DNA of 64,000 nucleotides from an uncultured virus (IMG/VR IMGVR_UViG_3300020576_005736) (lineage: Duplodnaviria; Heunggongvirae; Uroviricota; Caudoviricetes). Made by a program: the position numbers and the translations under genes. Shown piece by piece: positions 20,501 to 29,745 of the stretch. A model generated the notes under the pieces. It ran no database searches. It was given only the letters and a program-made list of their open reading frames with translations, and was not told the origin of the DNA. How positions within the stretch are numbered: the first letter of the stretch is position 1; the number at the start of each line of letters is the position of its first letter. Where the stretch lies: the IMG/VR virus record IMGVR_UViG_3300020576_005736. The stretch is one strand, 5' to 3'.

Positions 20501-20770
20501 GACACAGGTGCATGGTCGATTCCTCACGATCAATTAGCCATGGTCCACGCTGGGGAGATGATTGTCCCCTCTCGGGGAGGTATCGCTGAGGAGTTCCGCT
20601 CAATGCTCGGAGGCGACATGTCAGGTAAGAGGGAGCCTTCCCACACGTACAACGTAAACTTCGTTGATACTGCAGGTGCGAAGACCTTCATCCGCAGATA
20701 CGGAGAGGATCTGGCAAGAGCCGTGTCGAAGCATCTTGATCAGAATCCCTCTGCCAGACCAGGCTACTGA
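17552..20770 (+). CDS. tape measure protein with internal lysozyme-like domain
   Basis: Long helical Ala-rich ORF; IAQFEGFREKAYWD..AFRVGYG (GH24-like); FDTGAW...AMVHAGEMIVP C-terminus. Confidence 0.85.
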   Translation: MSSDVHVSFDGDTRALREQVDAARRSVAEALGKMKDSAETANPAIAQLQRSLDKLSESSERTAESTSTLLTYQNWAFVLSVASAATTVMTSTVRGLYSGTTIAAGGIAAAATKTADLTSEMLAYTRSQAYLAQYLPVVRVENDGLIASIGRASIAWNSYWKSVEIVKSGLLGTVGSAVAASGGMERLSNTARQSNFDNATRAIQAYLDQLFRIPSMTNEAASSIVASFSSIPNSSAQMIQVLVDVTAQLSTSKEQAQSLAEQLTRAMSDPATSGEAFLTSQKDITAELLKQFDAAKRSGNVSEMQSAILQEMIVKERSMLDEKTRALREQLKTLSEIGLLGRVLSGSYKTQVEEANKALDAINKQVTALDAASARLRQMPTDMNQAALAARGIVNELSPLTSQLESINGKLSTMRQVFGGFGGNLKGTTGDVKELIAQFEGFREKAYWDKNAFRVGYGSDTTTRADGRVERVTQDTIVSREDAERDLARRVVEFQNEAAAKIGASWDGLSDRAKASITSVVYNYGSTSPALDKMYTAAGTGSDKLIADAIRELKANPDRRYQEAANITNSQPGATLASGIPATPADIEAMARLKDNAQGVADALRGGNEVAQAQAQILSRNAAGQKDSVRDAQQLVEAWKTDLANSSTASARLQMQNGLRAAQVSLAEKLLEVDKSKLAVSGVDDTTAKEKLATAKKMYDIEMRAAGDDVALKNAALAKKKSAEQSYETEITKIAKEAEDVKYAIAQAGLEQRKAKLREDKDHHIINAQQKLAAELQIEAEQTRLEQSHYQKIKSLEEEGTAEYRAAQNKMTLIAAESAARRQQILSQDARNIQRSYDRVFNQIGSTLTSSIMGMIQGTSTIRQLFQNLALQIVQLFVKAGVDMVMTWGATQARMLMQTVTGQASQTAAVTAGASAKVAAQTTGAVTGAAVEKTAALTTISTDAAKAAAGAYSSVVGIPIIGPVLAPAAAAVAYGAVAAFGSFDTGAWSIPHDQLAMVHAGEMIVPSRGGIAEEFRSMLGGDMSGKREPSHTYNVNFVDTAGAKTFIRRYGEDLARAVSKHLDQNPSARPGY

Positions 20771-22275
20771 AAGAACTCTCTGACCCTTGCTGGACCGTCC
20801 ATTATTAGATTGGCGAGGCTCTCCTTCCTACGGAGAGCCTCGACTATCTTCTCCTCAATAGTTCCCTTCGCGACCATGTCGATGTATAATACAGACTTGG
20901 TCTGGCCAATACGATGTGCTCGGTCCTCACTCTGGAGTCGCTTCTCCAGATCGTAGCTGTTGCTGTAGTAGATCACGGTGTTGGCCTCAGTCAGCGTGAT
21001 TCCGTAGCCACCAGCATGAGGTGTCCCCACAAAGTCATCCGCTCTGTAGTGGTCAGGACACACTCGTTCCCCGACCACCTGTCCGTTCTGGACAACTGCG
21101 GCCTTTCCCTGGAATCTGTAGATCGCCTCAGCTCTCTGCTCCTGACTAGTCCCACCGTCGTATCTCACGACCTTGCGACCCATCTTCTCGAGATGAGCGA
21201 CTACCTGATCAACATCTCGACGATAGTTGCACCAGATGATATTTCGGCCTGTGGTCTCCTCAATGATAGACTTGAGATCGTCCAATCTGTTCGTCGGAAC
21301 GTCAGAGACATTTCCCTGCTCGTCGACAACATGTCCGCACACAATCTGGTGAAGCCGCAGAATCTGCGTGATGATCTGGGTTGCAGTAGCAAATGCTCCA
21401 CTGTCCAGCTGAACAGTTGCCCACTCCTTCAGCTCAGCATAGAGACGCTCCTGCTCAGGAGTCAGCTGAATATACCGTGTCTCGTATACCTTGGGAGGAA
21501 GATCCAGACAGTCCTCCTTACGAATCACGAACGCCTTCCTGGCGACGATGTTCGAGAGTACATCAGTGTCGCGGTGTCCGACGACTACGTCGATGCTTCG
21601 ACCTCCGAAGTTCTTCTGCTCGACAATAGCAAATCGAGCTCTGAACGAGTAGAACGACTTGAAGCCAAGACAGTTAGGCTCGAGGAACTCGAACTGAGAC
21701 CATAGGTCGAGAGGACTGCGAGTGACCGGGGAGCCTGTCGCGATGCGCTTCCACTTCGCCAGACGACCGAGCTTGATGATCTTCTTGGTGCGGATAGCCT
21801 GAGGATTCTTGATCGTAGAGCTCTCGTCCACGATAACCAGACACTCCCCGACTCGAACGAACCGCTCGGCAAAGTCCATCGCCTTGGGCGACATGGAGAT
21901 GGCCTCGGTATTCATGACCAGAATCTTCATGAACTCGTCGTTCTTGAGAAGATTCGGAAGTCTCTGCTGCTCTGTTCTCGACCCTCCGCCCTGCCACAGA
22001 TGAGTGATGGACGTGTTGAGGTGACGATCTGGCATGTGTGCCGGAAGCTCCTTGTGGAACCAGTTGGCATAGGTTCCCTTCGGAGCAATGATGAGAACTC
22101 GTCGCAGACCATGAGTCTCTCTGAGCATGCACAGATTGTCTACGCAGACCTTCGACTTACCTGTTCCCATCTCCATGAGATAGCCATATCCAGGCTTGTC
22201 CCAGCTGCGCTCAAGCACCACTCGCTGGTGCTTGTAGGGATCGGTCTTCGGCACATAGCTCAGTATTGGTTCCAT
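20764..22275 (-). CDS. SNF2-family helicase
   Basis: MEMGTGKS, VDES, ATGSP, GITLT, QSEDRAHRIGQ. Confidence 0.9.
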   Translation of the reverse strand: MEPILSYVPKTDPYKHQRVVLERSWDKPGYGYLMEMGTGKSKVCVDNLCMLRETHGLRRVLIIAPKGTYANWFHKELPAHMPDRHLNTSITHLWQGGGSRTEQQRLPNLLKNDEFMKILVMNTEAISMSPKAMDFAERFVRVGECLVIVDESSTIKNPQAIRTKKIIKLGRLAKWKRIATGSPVTRSPLDLWSQFEFLEPNCLGFKSFYSFRARFAIVEQKNFGGRSIDVVVGHRDTDVLSNIVARKAFVIRKEDCLDLPPKVYETRYIQLTPEQERLYAELKEWATVQLDSGAFATATQIITQILRLHQIVCGHVVDEQGNVSDVPTNRLDDLKSIIEETTGRNIIWCNYRRDVDQVVAHLEKMGRKVVRYDGGTSQEQRAEAIYRFQGKAAVVQNGQVVGERVCPDHYRADDFVGTPHAGGYGITLTEANTVIYYSNSYDLEKRLQSEDRAHRIGQTKSVLYIDMVAKGTIEEKIVEALRRKESLANLIMDGPARVREFFQ

Positions 22276-22380
22276 CTTACTCTCCAGAGGCGCGCGGGCG
22301 GGCGCGGCGGGTTTAGGGCGGCTAGGTAGCCTTTCCAGAGCGCTCCAGCGGTCTGTGGAGGCTGTCAGTAGGGGCGGGCG

Positions 22381-22617
22381 CTACCCGTATAGCGGCGCGG
22401 GCGCGGCGGGTTCCTGTGAGGATGGTATAAAGTTCGGAGGGAGAAGATTCTTCGGAATTGTGAGATAGGTTGTAGGATTGGATCCGTACATCTGAGAATA
22501 AACCCACATCTTTCTTCTCTGACGCATCTCACTCGTTTTGTCACTCATCTGTAGTGACGTGTATTCCTCGACGGTCACCTTCACAAGATCTGGCATTTCG
22601 ACTACAGCCTGGCTCAT
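22381..22617 (-). CDS. hypothetical protein
   Basis: AAGGAG RBS and upstream TATACT. Confidence 0.5.
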   Translation of the reverse strand: MSQAVVEMPDLVKVTVEEYTSLQMSDKTSEMRQRRKMWVYSQMYGSNPTTYLTIPKNLLPPNFIPSSQEPAAPAPLYG

Positions 22618-22640
22618 TATCTTCTCCTTTGTCTACCTGT

Positions 22641-22950
22641 AGTATAGCCGGGGAGCCGGGGGATGCGCTACCCTCTACGCGCACACGTGTAACACGTCAT
22701 GTGAGGAGGTTCTGGTTCTGGAAGAAACCTCCCGCCCTCCCCGACTATTAGATCTAGCCCTCTGGAAGTCCGTAATAGGTCGACTAATAGGTTCTAACCC
22801 CTTGTAAAATAACGACATTATTGGCTTATTACCGTTATTAGCTTCGAAAATTCCTGTGACGTAAAAATTTTTTACCTGCATACGCGCCTATATACGCGGG
22901 CGCGCGCATTATGCGCGAGGTATAGAGCCTATTTCGACTGTAATAAGGGC
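22641..22950. repeat. AT-rich non-coding element, diverged inverted copy of 55090-55427 (origin/regulatory candidate)
   Basis: Shared blocks GTATAGCCGGGGAG, ACGTCATGTGAG, CGCCCTCCCCGA, TTATTGGCTTATTAC, AAAATTTTTTACCTGC. Confidence 0.7.
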
Positions 22951-23015
22951 TAATAGCGTGCAACCGGCTGGCGGGTTATAGTGTAAAAGTTGTCGCCAGT
23001 AGAGGAGAACAGACG

Positions 23016-23618
23016 GTGGACCAACAGATACCAGAACACCTTCGGACCGAGAAGCTGGACATGTCGTCCTTCGCCTCGGACGACAATCTTCAGAAGGCCA
23101 AGACTATGGCCCTCGAGTATGCCGAGCTCGAGAAGAAGATCAAGGACACCGAGGCAGAGCTCGAGTCCTGGAAGGCTCGCCGTCAGGAACTGGCGCGCAA
23201 GGAGATTCCGGAGTTCTTCGACAACGTGGTCAAGACTGACCGTATTGGCGTTCCGGAAGCTGGTGTTGACGTGAAGGTGGTTCCCTACTACCACGCCAAT
23301 ATCAAGTCTGAGTGGCCTGAGGACCAGCGCCTTCGGGCATTCAACTATCTCGAGCAGAGCGGTCACGGAGACGTCGTCGCTGTGGTCGTGAGCGTCAAGT
23401 TCCGTCGAGGAGAGCTTCCTCTGGCTCGTGAGCTGGAGCAGCTGATCACGTCCTCGAAGACGGGTAACTCTCATCCTCCCTCGCTGGAGATGGGTGTTCC
23501 GTGGAACACTCTCACTGCTCTCGTCAGGGAGCAGGTGGAGAATGGTGAGAGCGTCGATCTTGACGTTCTCGGTGCAACTGTCGGCCGCACGGCCAAGATC
23601 GAGAAGAGGAAGAAGTGA
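23016..23618 (+). CDS. hypothetical replication-module protein
   Basis: GTG start after GAGGAG; coiled-coil N-terminus; phage-type codon usage. Confidence 0.7.
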   Translation: MDQQIPEHLRTEKLDMSSFASDDNLQKAKTMALEYAELEKKIKDTEAELESWKARRQELARKEIPEFFDNVVKTDRIGVPEAGVDVKVVPYYHANIKSEWPEDQRLRAFNYLEQSGHGDVVAVVVSVKFRRGELPLARELEQLITSSKTGNSHPPSLEMGVPWNTLTALVREQVENGESVDLDVLGATVGRTAKIEKRKK

Positions 23619-24460
23619 TGACTGCGAAGAAGGAAGACACCAAGGAAGTCGTGGCCGCTGGCGCTACTGCTCTCGCCACTGTCGGAGGAGCGGCTCTCCC
23701 CGCTCACCTTCAGGCGGATATTCAGAACGTTGCTGGTCTCGGCAACTCTCAGGACTCGCGTGACAGCGTCATGCCGTTCCTGGCTATCCTGCAGAAGGGA
23801 TCGCCTCAGGTCAACGAGGAGGAGTCGAAATACATCGACGGAGCCAAGGCCGGCATGCTTCTGAACACGGCCACTGGTCAGATCTACTCCGGCAAGGAGG
23901 GTATTCTGGTGATCCCGTGTGGGTTCCAGAAGAACTTCGTCGAGTGGAAGCCGAATCGTCAGGGCTGGGCTGGAAGTCATCCGTTCAACGTCGATCACAT
24001 CAAGCGACTCGGCGCTCAGAAGAAGACTGTCAAGGTCGACGGCAAGGATCGGACGAGCATCGTTCTTCCCAACGGGAACATTCTCACCGAGACTGCCTAC
24101 ACGTTCATCACTGTGGACGGAACACCCATGGTCATCGGCGCTGCGTCGACTGCTCTCGGCCCGATGCGTCAGTGGATGTCGTATCGTCGCAGCCAGAAGC
24201 TTCCCAACCGCACTGAGCTGCCGAGCTTCGGCAAGCAGTATCGTCTGACTACTGTCTACGAGAAGAACGACGCGGGCGACTGGTACAACTGGAAGTTCAC
24301 GGATGAGGGCTTTGTTCTGGACGCTGGTGCTTACGAGGAGGCCAAGGCTTTCGCGATCGCTATCGCCAAGGGTGAGGCCAGCGTCGGGCGTCCTGACGAC
24401 TTCGAGTCTGGTGACGATGACGGTGTTCGTGGAACTGCTGACGACGATATTCCTGTCTGA
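23618..24460 (+). CDS. putative ssDNA-binding/annealing protein
   Basis: P.L.ILQ..SPQV, EW motif, acidic DDDIPV tail. Confidence 0.6.
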   Translation: MTAKKEDTKEVVAAGATALATVGGAALPAHLQADIQNVAGLGNSQDSRDSVMPFLAILQKGSPQVNEEESKYIDGAKAGMLLNTATGQIYSGKEGILVIPCGFQKNFVEWKPNRQGWAGSHPFNVDHIKRLGAQKKTVKVDGKDRTSIVLPNGNILTETAYTFITVDGTPMVIGAASTALGPMRQWMSYRRSQKLPNRTELPSFGKQYRLTTVYEKNDAGDWYNWKFTDEGFVLDAGAYEEAKAFAIAIAKGEASVGRPDDFESGDDDGVRGTADDDIPV

Positions 24461-24494
24461 TGACTGTGGGGAGACCAGCAATGGTCTCCTCCTT

Positions 24495-24569
24495 GCTGGA
24501 GTAGCTCAGTGGTAGAGCAGCCGCCTTGTAAGCGGCAGGTCGTCGGTTCAAGTCCGACCTCCAGCACCA
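24495..24569 (+). tRNA. tRNA-Thr(TGT)
   Basis: Cloverleaf GCTGGAG/CTCCAGC acceptor, anticodon loop CTTGTAA, GGTTCAA T-loop, CCA. Confidence 0.9.
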
Positions 24570-24571
24570 AC

Positions 24572-24648
24572 GTCCACCTAGCTCAACTGGACAGAGCATG
24601 GGGCTTCTATCCCTGTGGTTGCAGGTTCGAGTCCTGCGGTGGACGCCA
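24572..24648 (+). tRNA. tRNA-Arg(TCT)
   Basis: GTCCACC/GGTGGAC acceptor, loop CTTCTAT, GGTTCGA, CCA. Confidence 0.9.
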
Positions 24649-24652
24649 CTAT

Positions 24653-24729
24653 CTGTGCATAGCTCAGCTTGGTAGAGCGCCTGGTTTGGGTCCAGGAGGT
24701 CGTCGGTTCAAGTCCGGCTGCACAGACCA
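24653..24729 (+). tRNA. tRNA-Pro(TGG)
   Basis: CTGTGCA/TGCACAG acceptor, CCTGG-TTTGGGT-CCAGG, CCA. Confidence 0.9.
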
Positions 24730-24749
24730 GTCAACAGAGGGGAGAGACC

Positions 24750-26285
24750 GTGACCACTACAGCCGAGAGAATGTTCAGACTATTCATGGGTCATACCGGC
24801 GGTCATGGAACCTACTCGCAAGAGGAGAAGACACCGGGAAAAGCAAAGAGCGTCATCAAGAAGTCAGCTCGAACGCTACGCGATCCCCCGACACCGCTTC
24901 TCTGGCAGAAGCACCTTGACGGATCTCGACCACTCGGAATCGTTCCAGTCAATGGCGACGGAATGTGCTTCTGGGGCGTGATCGACGTCGACAAGTACGA
25001 TCTTGACCACACAGCTATTGTCAAGCAGTTGGCGAAGCTCAGTCTTCCACTGGTCGTCTGTCGGTCAAAATCCGGAGGCGCTCACGTATTCATGTTTCTC
25101 AGAGAGCCAGTCAGTGCTGAGCAGCTCATCTCCAGACTGAAGGAGATCGCTGGTGTTCTGGGGTTTGGTGACTGCGAGATCTTTCCAAAGCAGACAGAGA
25201 TTCTGGAGGACCGGGGAGATCTTGGTAACTGGCTGAATATGCCCTACTTCGATGCGGAGAAGGGAACCAGATATGCTGTGACTGAAGACGGACGAGGAAT
25301 GTCTCTTGACAGGTTCCTCGACTATGCTGAGTCTAAGCAGCTGACGGCTGATGAGTTCACCAAGACGGTTCCTCAGGTTCTCACCAAGGACGCTGATCTG
25401 CAGGATGCGCCGCCGTGTCTTCAGTACATGTGCGGAATGGGTATTCCGGAGGGTTCGAAGAACAATACAGTCTTCGCTCTCGGTGTTCTGGCGAAGAAGA
25501 TGCGACCTGAGGGATGGGAAGCTCTTCTTGACTCCTGGAACCAGAAGTATGTCAATCAGCCAGCACTGACCTCTGACGAGATGATGATGATTATGAGGAG
25601 CCTTCGAAAGAAGGACTACTCGTACAGATGTAAAGATCAGCCACTCGTAAATCACTGCGACTCGAAGGCATGTCGACTTCGAAGATACGGTGTCGGAGCA
25701 GCCGCTACTCCAGACATCAGCTCTATCTCCATTCTCGACACTCAGCCACCGCTCTTCTTCGTCTGCCTGACGAGTGGAGGAACGGTAGAGTGTGCAACAG
25801 ACGACATCATCAGTAGTCGATCTTTTCAGCGGGCTGCTCTCGAGCAGCTCAGGACCATGCTTCCTCTCTACAAGCAGGAGGAGTGGCAGAATCGTATTCA
25901 GGAATGTCTCGATCAGGCTGTGATCATTGAGGCTCCGAGAGAGGTCAGCTCTACTGGTGCACTCAAGGAGCTCTTCGAGCAGTTCTGTACGGACAGACAT
26001 GCTGCTCAGGAGAAGGACGAGATCCTACTCGGCAAGCCCTGGCTGGACGATGAGCTTCACAGATACTACTTCAGACTGACGGACTTTCTTGGCCATCTGG
26101 AGAAGAACAAGTTCAGAGACTTCACTCGAGCACAGATCGTCTCTCGTATTCGTGAGCTTGGTGGCGGTCATGGCTTCTTTAACATCAAGGGTAAGGGCGT
26201 GAACGTCTGGTGGCTTCCGCAGAGCGCCTTCAGCATTCAGACTGAGTCATTCTCTACACCAAGAGCAGAGGAATCATCGATATGA
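24750..26285 (+). CDS. AEP-family primase(-polymerase)
   Basis: WGVIDVD, RSKSGGAH, EIFPKQ, NMPY, PPCL motifs; GTG start. Confidence 0.85.
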   Translation: MTTTAERMFRLFMGHTGGHGTYSQEEKTPGKAKSVIKKSARTLRDPPTPLLWQKHLDGSRPLGIVPVNGDGMCFWGVIDVDKYDLDHTAIVKQLAKLSLPLVVCRSKSGGAHVFMFLREPVSAEQLISRLKEIAGVLGFGDCEIFPKQTEILEDRGDLGNWLNMPYFDAEKGTRYAVTEDGRGMSLDRFLDYAESKQLTADEFTKTVPQVLTKDADLQDAPPCLQYMCGMGIPEGSKNNTVFALGVLAKKMRPEGWEALLDSWNQKYVNQPALTSDEMMMIMRSLRKKDYSYRCKDQPLVNHCDSKACRLRRYGVGAAATPDISSISILDTQPPLFFVCLTSGGTVECATDDIISSRSFQRAALEQLRTMLPLYKQEEWQNRIQECLDQAVIIEAPREVSSTGALKELFEQFCTDRHAAQEKDEILLGKPWLDDELHRYYFRLTDFLGHLEKNKFRDFTRAQIVSRIRELGGGHGFFNIKGKGVNVWWLPQSAFSIQTESFSTPRAEESSI

Positions 26286-26527
26286 GGACGGTGCTGACGA
26301 AGACTCAGAGAGATGCTCTTCGAGCACTTGCGGAGAGAGGTGGTGAGGGTGCAGTCATGAAGAATGGCTGTATTCTTGCTCAGGGAGAGATTCTCGGTGA
26401 TCCTCCTGACACGCCAGCCTGCTACTTCATTCGATCTACATGGACCAAGCTGCGAGAGCTTGGTATGATCGAGAACGCGGACACTGGCCGAGTTCGAATA
26501 TCCGTGAAGGGGAGAGACTACACATGA
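26282..26527 (+). CDS. hypothetical protein
   Basis: ATGA overlaps at both ends. Confidence 0.6.
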   Translation: MRTVLTKTQRDALRALAERGGEGAVMKNGCILAQGEILGDPPDTPACYFIRSTWTKLRELGMIENADTGRVRISVKGRDYT

Positions 26528-26739
26528 GCAAGAAGGGAGATCTGTACGACGTTGCGCTCGTCGTTCACAGAGAGACGGACAAGGCGTGGTTTGTATCTGA
26601 GAGTGGTGATCTTGACGAGGCTGTCTGGATCCCGAAGTCTCAGGCAGAGATGTACGAGAAGATTGGTGATCATAAGTTCTGGCCAATCCATCAGTTCACA
26701 CTACCTCAGTGGCTTGCTGAGGAGAAGGAGTTCGTATGA
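26524..26739 (+). CDS. small conserved phage protein
   Basis: ETDKAW...WIPKSQ...LPQWLA.EK motif. Confidence 0.65.
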   Translation: MSKKGDLYDVALVVHRETDKAWFVSESGDLDEAVWIPKSQAEMYEKIGDHKFWPIHQFTLPQWLAEEKEFV

Positions 26740-28253
26740 TCACGCCAGAGATCATTCTCGGTCCGCCAGGAACCGGCAAGACTACAACTCTCATTGGTAT
26801 GGTTGAGGAAGAGCTCGCTAACGGAGTGTCTCCGAACAGAATTGCGTATCTGTCCTTCACCAGACGAGCGGCAGAAGAAGCTGTCTCGCGAGCATGTGAG
26901 AAGTTCACTGGGATGAGGAAGTCTGACTTCCCGTATTTCCGCACACTCCACTCTCTGTGCTTCAAGGTGATGGGACTGTCGTCCTCTGGTATTCTTGAGG
27001 GGAAGAAACTCGAGGAGTTCGGCAACATTGTCGGACACAAGATCACTGGTCGCTTCTCTCTTGAGGATGGTACGATCTTCGGCTTCGAGAAGGGGGATCG
27101 TCTTCTCTTCATGGAGAATCTTGCACGAGTTCGAGGAGTTCCTCTCAGAACCGTATATGACGAAGACGACGATGATCTCTCCTTCTGGGAGGTGGAGCGC
27201 TTCTCGAAGGCTCTGGCTGCTTACAAGCAGGACATGGGAGTGATCGACTTTACAGACATGCTCATGGAGTTCGTGAACTCAGATCTCACGGTCGAGGTAG
27301 ATGTTCTGTTCATCGACGAGGCTCAGGATCTGTCGCTTCTTCAGTGGATGGTCGTGTGGAAGCTCGCAGCGACAGCTCGTCGAGTTGTCATTGCAGGCGA
27401 CGATGATCAGGCCATCTACCGATGGGCAGGAGCAGACGTTGACACTCTGGTGAACATGCAGGGTGACGTGAGAGTCCTCTCTCAGTCATGGCGTGTTCCT
27501 CGTGAGGTGCAGAAGGTTGCGTCTGACATCGTTCGTCGAATCAGAACACGTCGTGAGAAAGTGTGGCGCCCACGAGAGGACGATGGTGTAGTCAAGTGGC
27601 ACGCCTCAGATGAGTCTATCGATCTGTCTGGTCCCGACATTCTCATTCTTGGTCGCAACAGATACATTCTCAGAGAGTTCGAGAAGAACATTCGAGCACT
27701 TGGCTATCTCTACGAGTTCCAGGGTGCAAGATCAATCAGACCATCACTGCTGGACGCTGTTCTCACCTGGGAGAGACTTCGTCGAGGTCGAGACGGCGTC
27801 ACGACTGGGCAGTGTCGAAAGATGTACGAGTTCATGTCTGTCGGTGTCGGATTCACGAGAGGTCACAAGACACTTCCGAAGCTCAGCGACGAGGAGGAGA
27901 ACGTGACTCTCCAGATACTGACGGACCGGGGAGGTCTGCTCGTTTCTCATGACAAGCTATGGTTCGATGCACTTGATCGCATGGCTCTGGTAGATATCTC
28001 GTACATTCGTGCAGCTCTTCGCCGCAAGGAAGACCTTCTCTCTCCTCCCCGTATCCGCCTGTCGACGATTCACGGAATGAAGGGTGGTGAGGCGAGGGAG
28101 GTTGTTCTCTTGACTGACATGGCTGCTCGAACTCTGCAGGAGGCGAAGAAGAACCCAGACGATGAACTGAGAGTTTGGTATGTTGCAGTCACCAGAGCTC
28201 GAGAAAAACTACACATTGTAGCACCCAAGACAAACAGGTACTTCAAGCTATGA
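26736..28253 (+). CDS. UvrD/Rep-like SF1 helicase
   Basis: GPPGTGKT, DEAQD, GDDDQAIY, STIHGMKGGE, YVAVTRA. Confidence 0.92.
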   Translation: MITPEIILGPPGTGKTTTLIGMVEEELANGVSPNRIAYLSFTRRAAEEAVSRACEKFTGMRKSDFPYFRTLHSLCFKVMGLSSSGILEGKKLEEFGNIVGHKITGRFSLEDGTIFGFEKGDRLLFMENLARVRGVPLRTVYDEDDDDLSFWEVERFSKALAAYKQDMGVIDFTDMLMEFVNSDLTVEVDVLFIDEAQDLSLLQWMVVWKLAATARRVVIAGDDDQAIYRWAGADVDTLVNMQGDVRVLSQSWRVPREVQKVASDIVRRIRTRREKVWRPREDDGVVKWHASDESIDLSGPDILILGRNRYILREFEKNIRALGYLYEFQGARSIRPSLLDAVLTWERLRRGRDGVTTGQCRKMYEFMSVGVGFTRGHKTLPKLSDEEENVTLQILTDRGGLLVSHDKLWFDALDRMALVDISYIRAALRRKEDLLSPPRIRLSTIHGMKGGEAREVVLLTDMAARTLQEAKKNPDDELRVWYVAVTRAREKLHIVAPKTNRYFKL

Positions 28254-28714
28254 TGTCACTAGCAACCAAATTCGAGCAGAGCTACATTCCTGAACCAACG
28301 TCTGGTTGTTGGTTGTGGACAGGACCTTATCACAACTGGGGATATGGATGGCTGCACGCTGAAGGCAAGTCAGTAAGAGCCCATGTATTCAGTCTCGAGC
28401 GGAAGCTAGGTCGGTCGTTACATCCTGGATATAAGTCTCTTCACGTATGCGATGTCAAAGAATGTGTAAACCCAGATCATCTTTATGAGGGAACTCTGTC
28501 CGATAACATGAGAGACAGAGAGAAGAGAGGAAAATCTCTTGGTGGAGGAGGAAGAAAATTCAAAGGGAAGATCACTTGGGATATTGGAAGAAGAGTGATA
28601 CTGATATATGTGCGCGAGAGGTATTCTCAGCGTAAGATTGCGGACATTGTTGGTATTAGTCAGAGAGTTGTGAATAGGATATTGAATGGGTATCAAATAT
28701 ACTACGAAGGATAA
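28250..28714 (+). CDS. HNH homing endonuclease
   Basis: GCWLWTG, LHVCD...CVNPDHL..GT..DN; AT-richer than its neighbours. Confidence 0.85.
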   Translation: MMSLATKFEQSYIPEPTSGCWLWTGPYHNWGYGWLHAEGKSVRAHVFSLERKLGRSLHPGYKSLHVCDVKECVNPDHLYEGTLSDNMRDREKRGKSLGGGGRKFKGKITWDIGRRVILIYVRERYSQRKIADIVGISQRVVNRILNGYQIYYEG

Positions 28715-28731
28715 TTCGTCGCGGCTGGAAC

Positions 28732-28760
28732 TTTACGACGAGAAGCTGCTGCCGTATAAC
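28732..28760 (+). promoter_or_regulatory. TTTACG-N17-TATAAC promoter
   Basis: Member of the TTTAC promoter family. Confidence 0.55.
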
Positions 28761-28791
28761 TGTAGTTGTACCGGGGAGAGGGGAGCTAGCC

Positions 28792-29493
28792 GTGGTAGCG
28801 ATTGTTGTAACCAGAGCAGGAAAGGGTGACGTATTCTCCTTCAAGACTGTCTTGCTGGCGGATAATCATCCAATCACTCAGTTCGGCGATCCTATCATGA
28901 CTGGCGTCGCTCATCTTCGACAGTGTCTGACCATGGCAGAGTGTGCAGCTGTGGCAGTCAAGATCGGAGAGTCCACTCTCGCAAGAGAGATTCGGGAATG
29001 TCCTAAGGAGTACAAGTCAGCGGTCGACAGACTCATGACTTCTCTGTGGGACAAGCTCGAGCGGTCAGCTTCTGCACCTCCAGCAGATCCTGCTGAAGTT
29101 ATGCGGAAGATAACTGGCGATCGCATCGCTACCCGATCCACGGGAATCCACATCAGACCCAGAGGAGATTTTGAAATGTCCGAACAAGCCACTGCCGAAG
29201 CCAACCAGGGCCACGAAGCTGAAGCCGCCGTCGCGACGGAAGCTGCCGAGAAGAAGCATCGTCCGATCCCGAAGGATCCGAAGTATGCCGACACTGGCGT
29301 GATCACCCTGCTGGCCGACAAGGACGGCAAGCAGTACAGTGCGGAGCACAATCCGAAGAAGCCCGGCTCGGCTTCTCACGAGCGCTTCAGCAAATACGTC
29401 GACGGCATGACCGTCAAGGCTGCGAAGGAAGCTGGTCTTCTGAACGGCGACCTCGACAACGACGTCAAGAAGGGCTACATCTCGATCGCCTGA
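28792..29493 (+). CDS. NPKKPGS-domain protein (probable second in-frame start at 29176)
   Basis: C-terminal HNPKKPGSASHERFSKY..GMTV...DLDNDVKKGYI; AGAGGAG RBS before ATG 29176. Confidence 0.7.
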   Translation: MVAIVVTRAGKGDVFSFKTVLLADNHPITQFGDPIMTGVAHLRQCLTMAECAAVAVKIGESTLAREIRECPKEYKSAVDRLMTSLWDKLERSASAPPADPAEVMRKITGDRIATRSTGIHIRPRGDFEMSEQATAEANQGHEAEAAVATEAAEKKHRPIPKDPKYADTGVITLLADKDGKQYSAEHNPKKPGSASHERFSKYVDGMTVKAAKEAGLLNGDLDNDVKKGYISIA

Positions 29494-29745
29494 CGCCTCG
29501 GCGTCGACGTCGGATGGCGTCACCTGCAATGACCTGGCTGCGGAGTCGGCCTACGTCGAAAGTGGTGAGACTGGGCAGGCTCTGCCCACCGATTTCGAGT
29601 CACCTGCGCTGCTATACTGTCCCGTCAGTTGTGCAAAAGTGGTGAGCTAGAGCGCTGCTCTCTCCTCCTGGCGGCGGAGTGGGTGGTCTCCATACCTCCC
29701 TGTGGAGACCACCCTGCCGCCCCAAGCGCCCGCCAGGAGCTTCAC

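Noticed and set aside
24509..24749. ORF starts at 24509/24669
   Set aside because: They overlap three tRNAs; the primase more plausibly starts at GTG 24750
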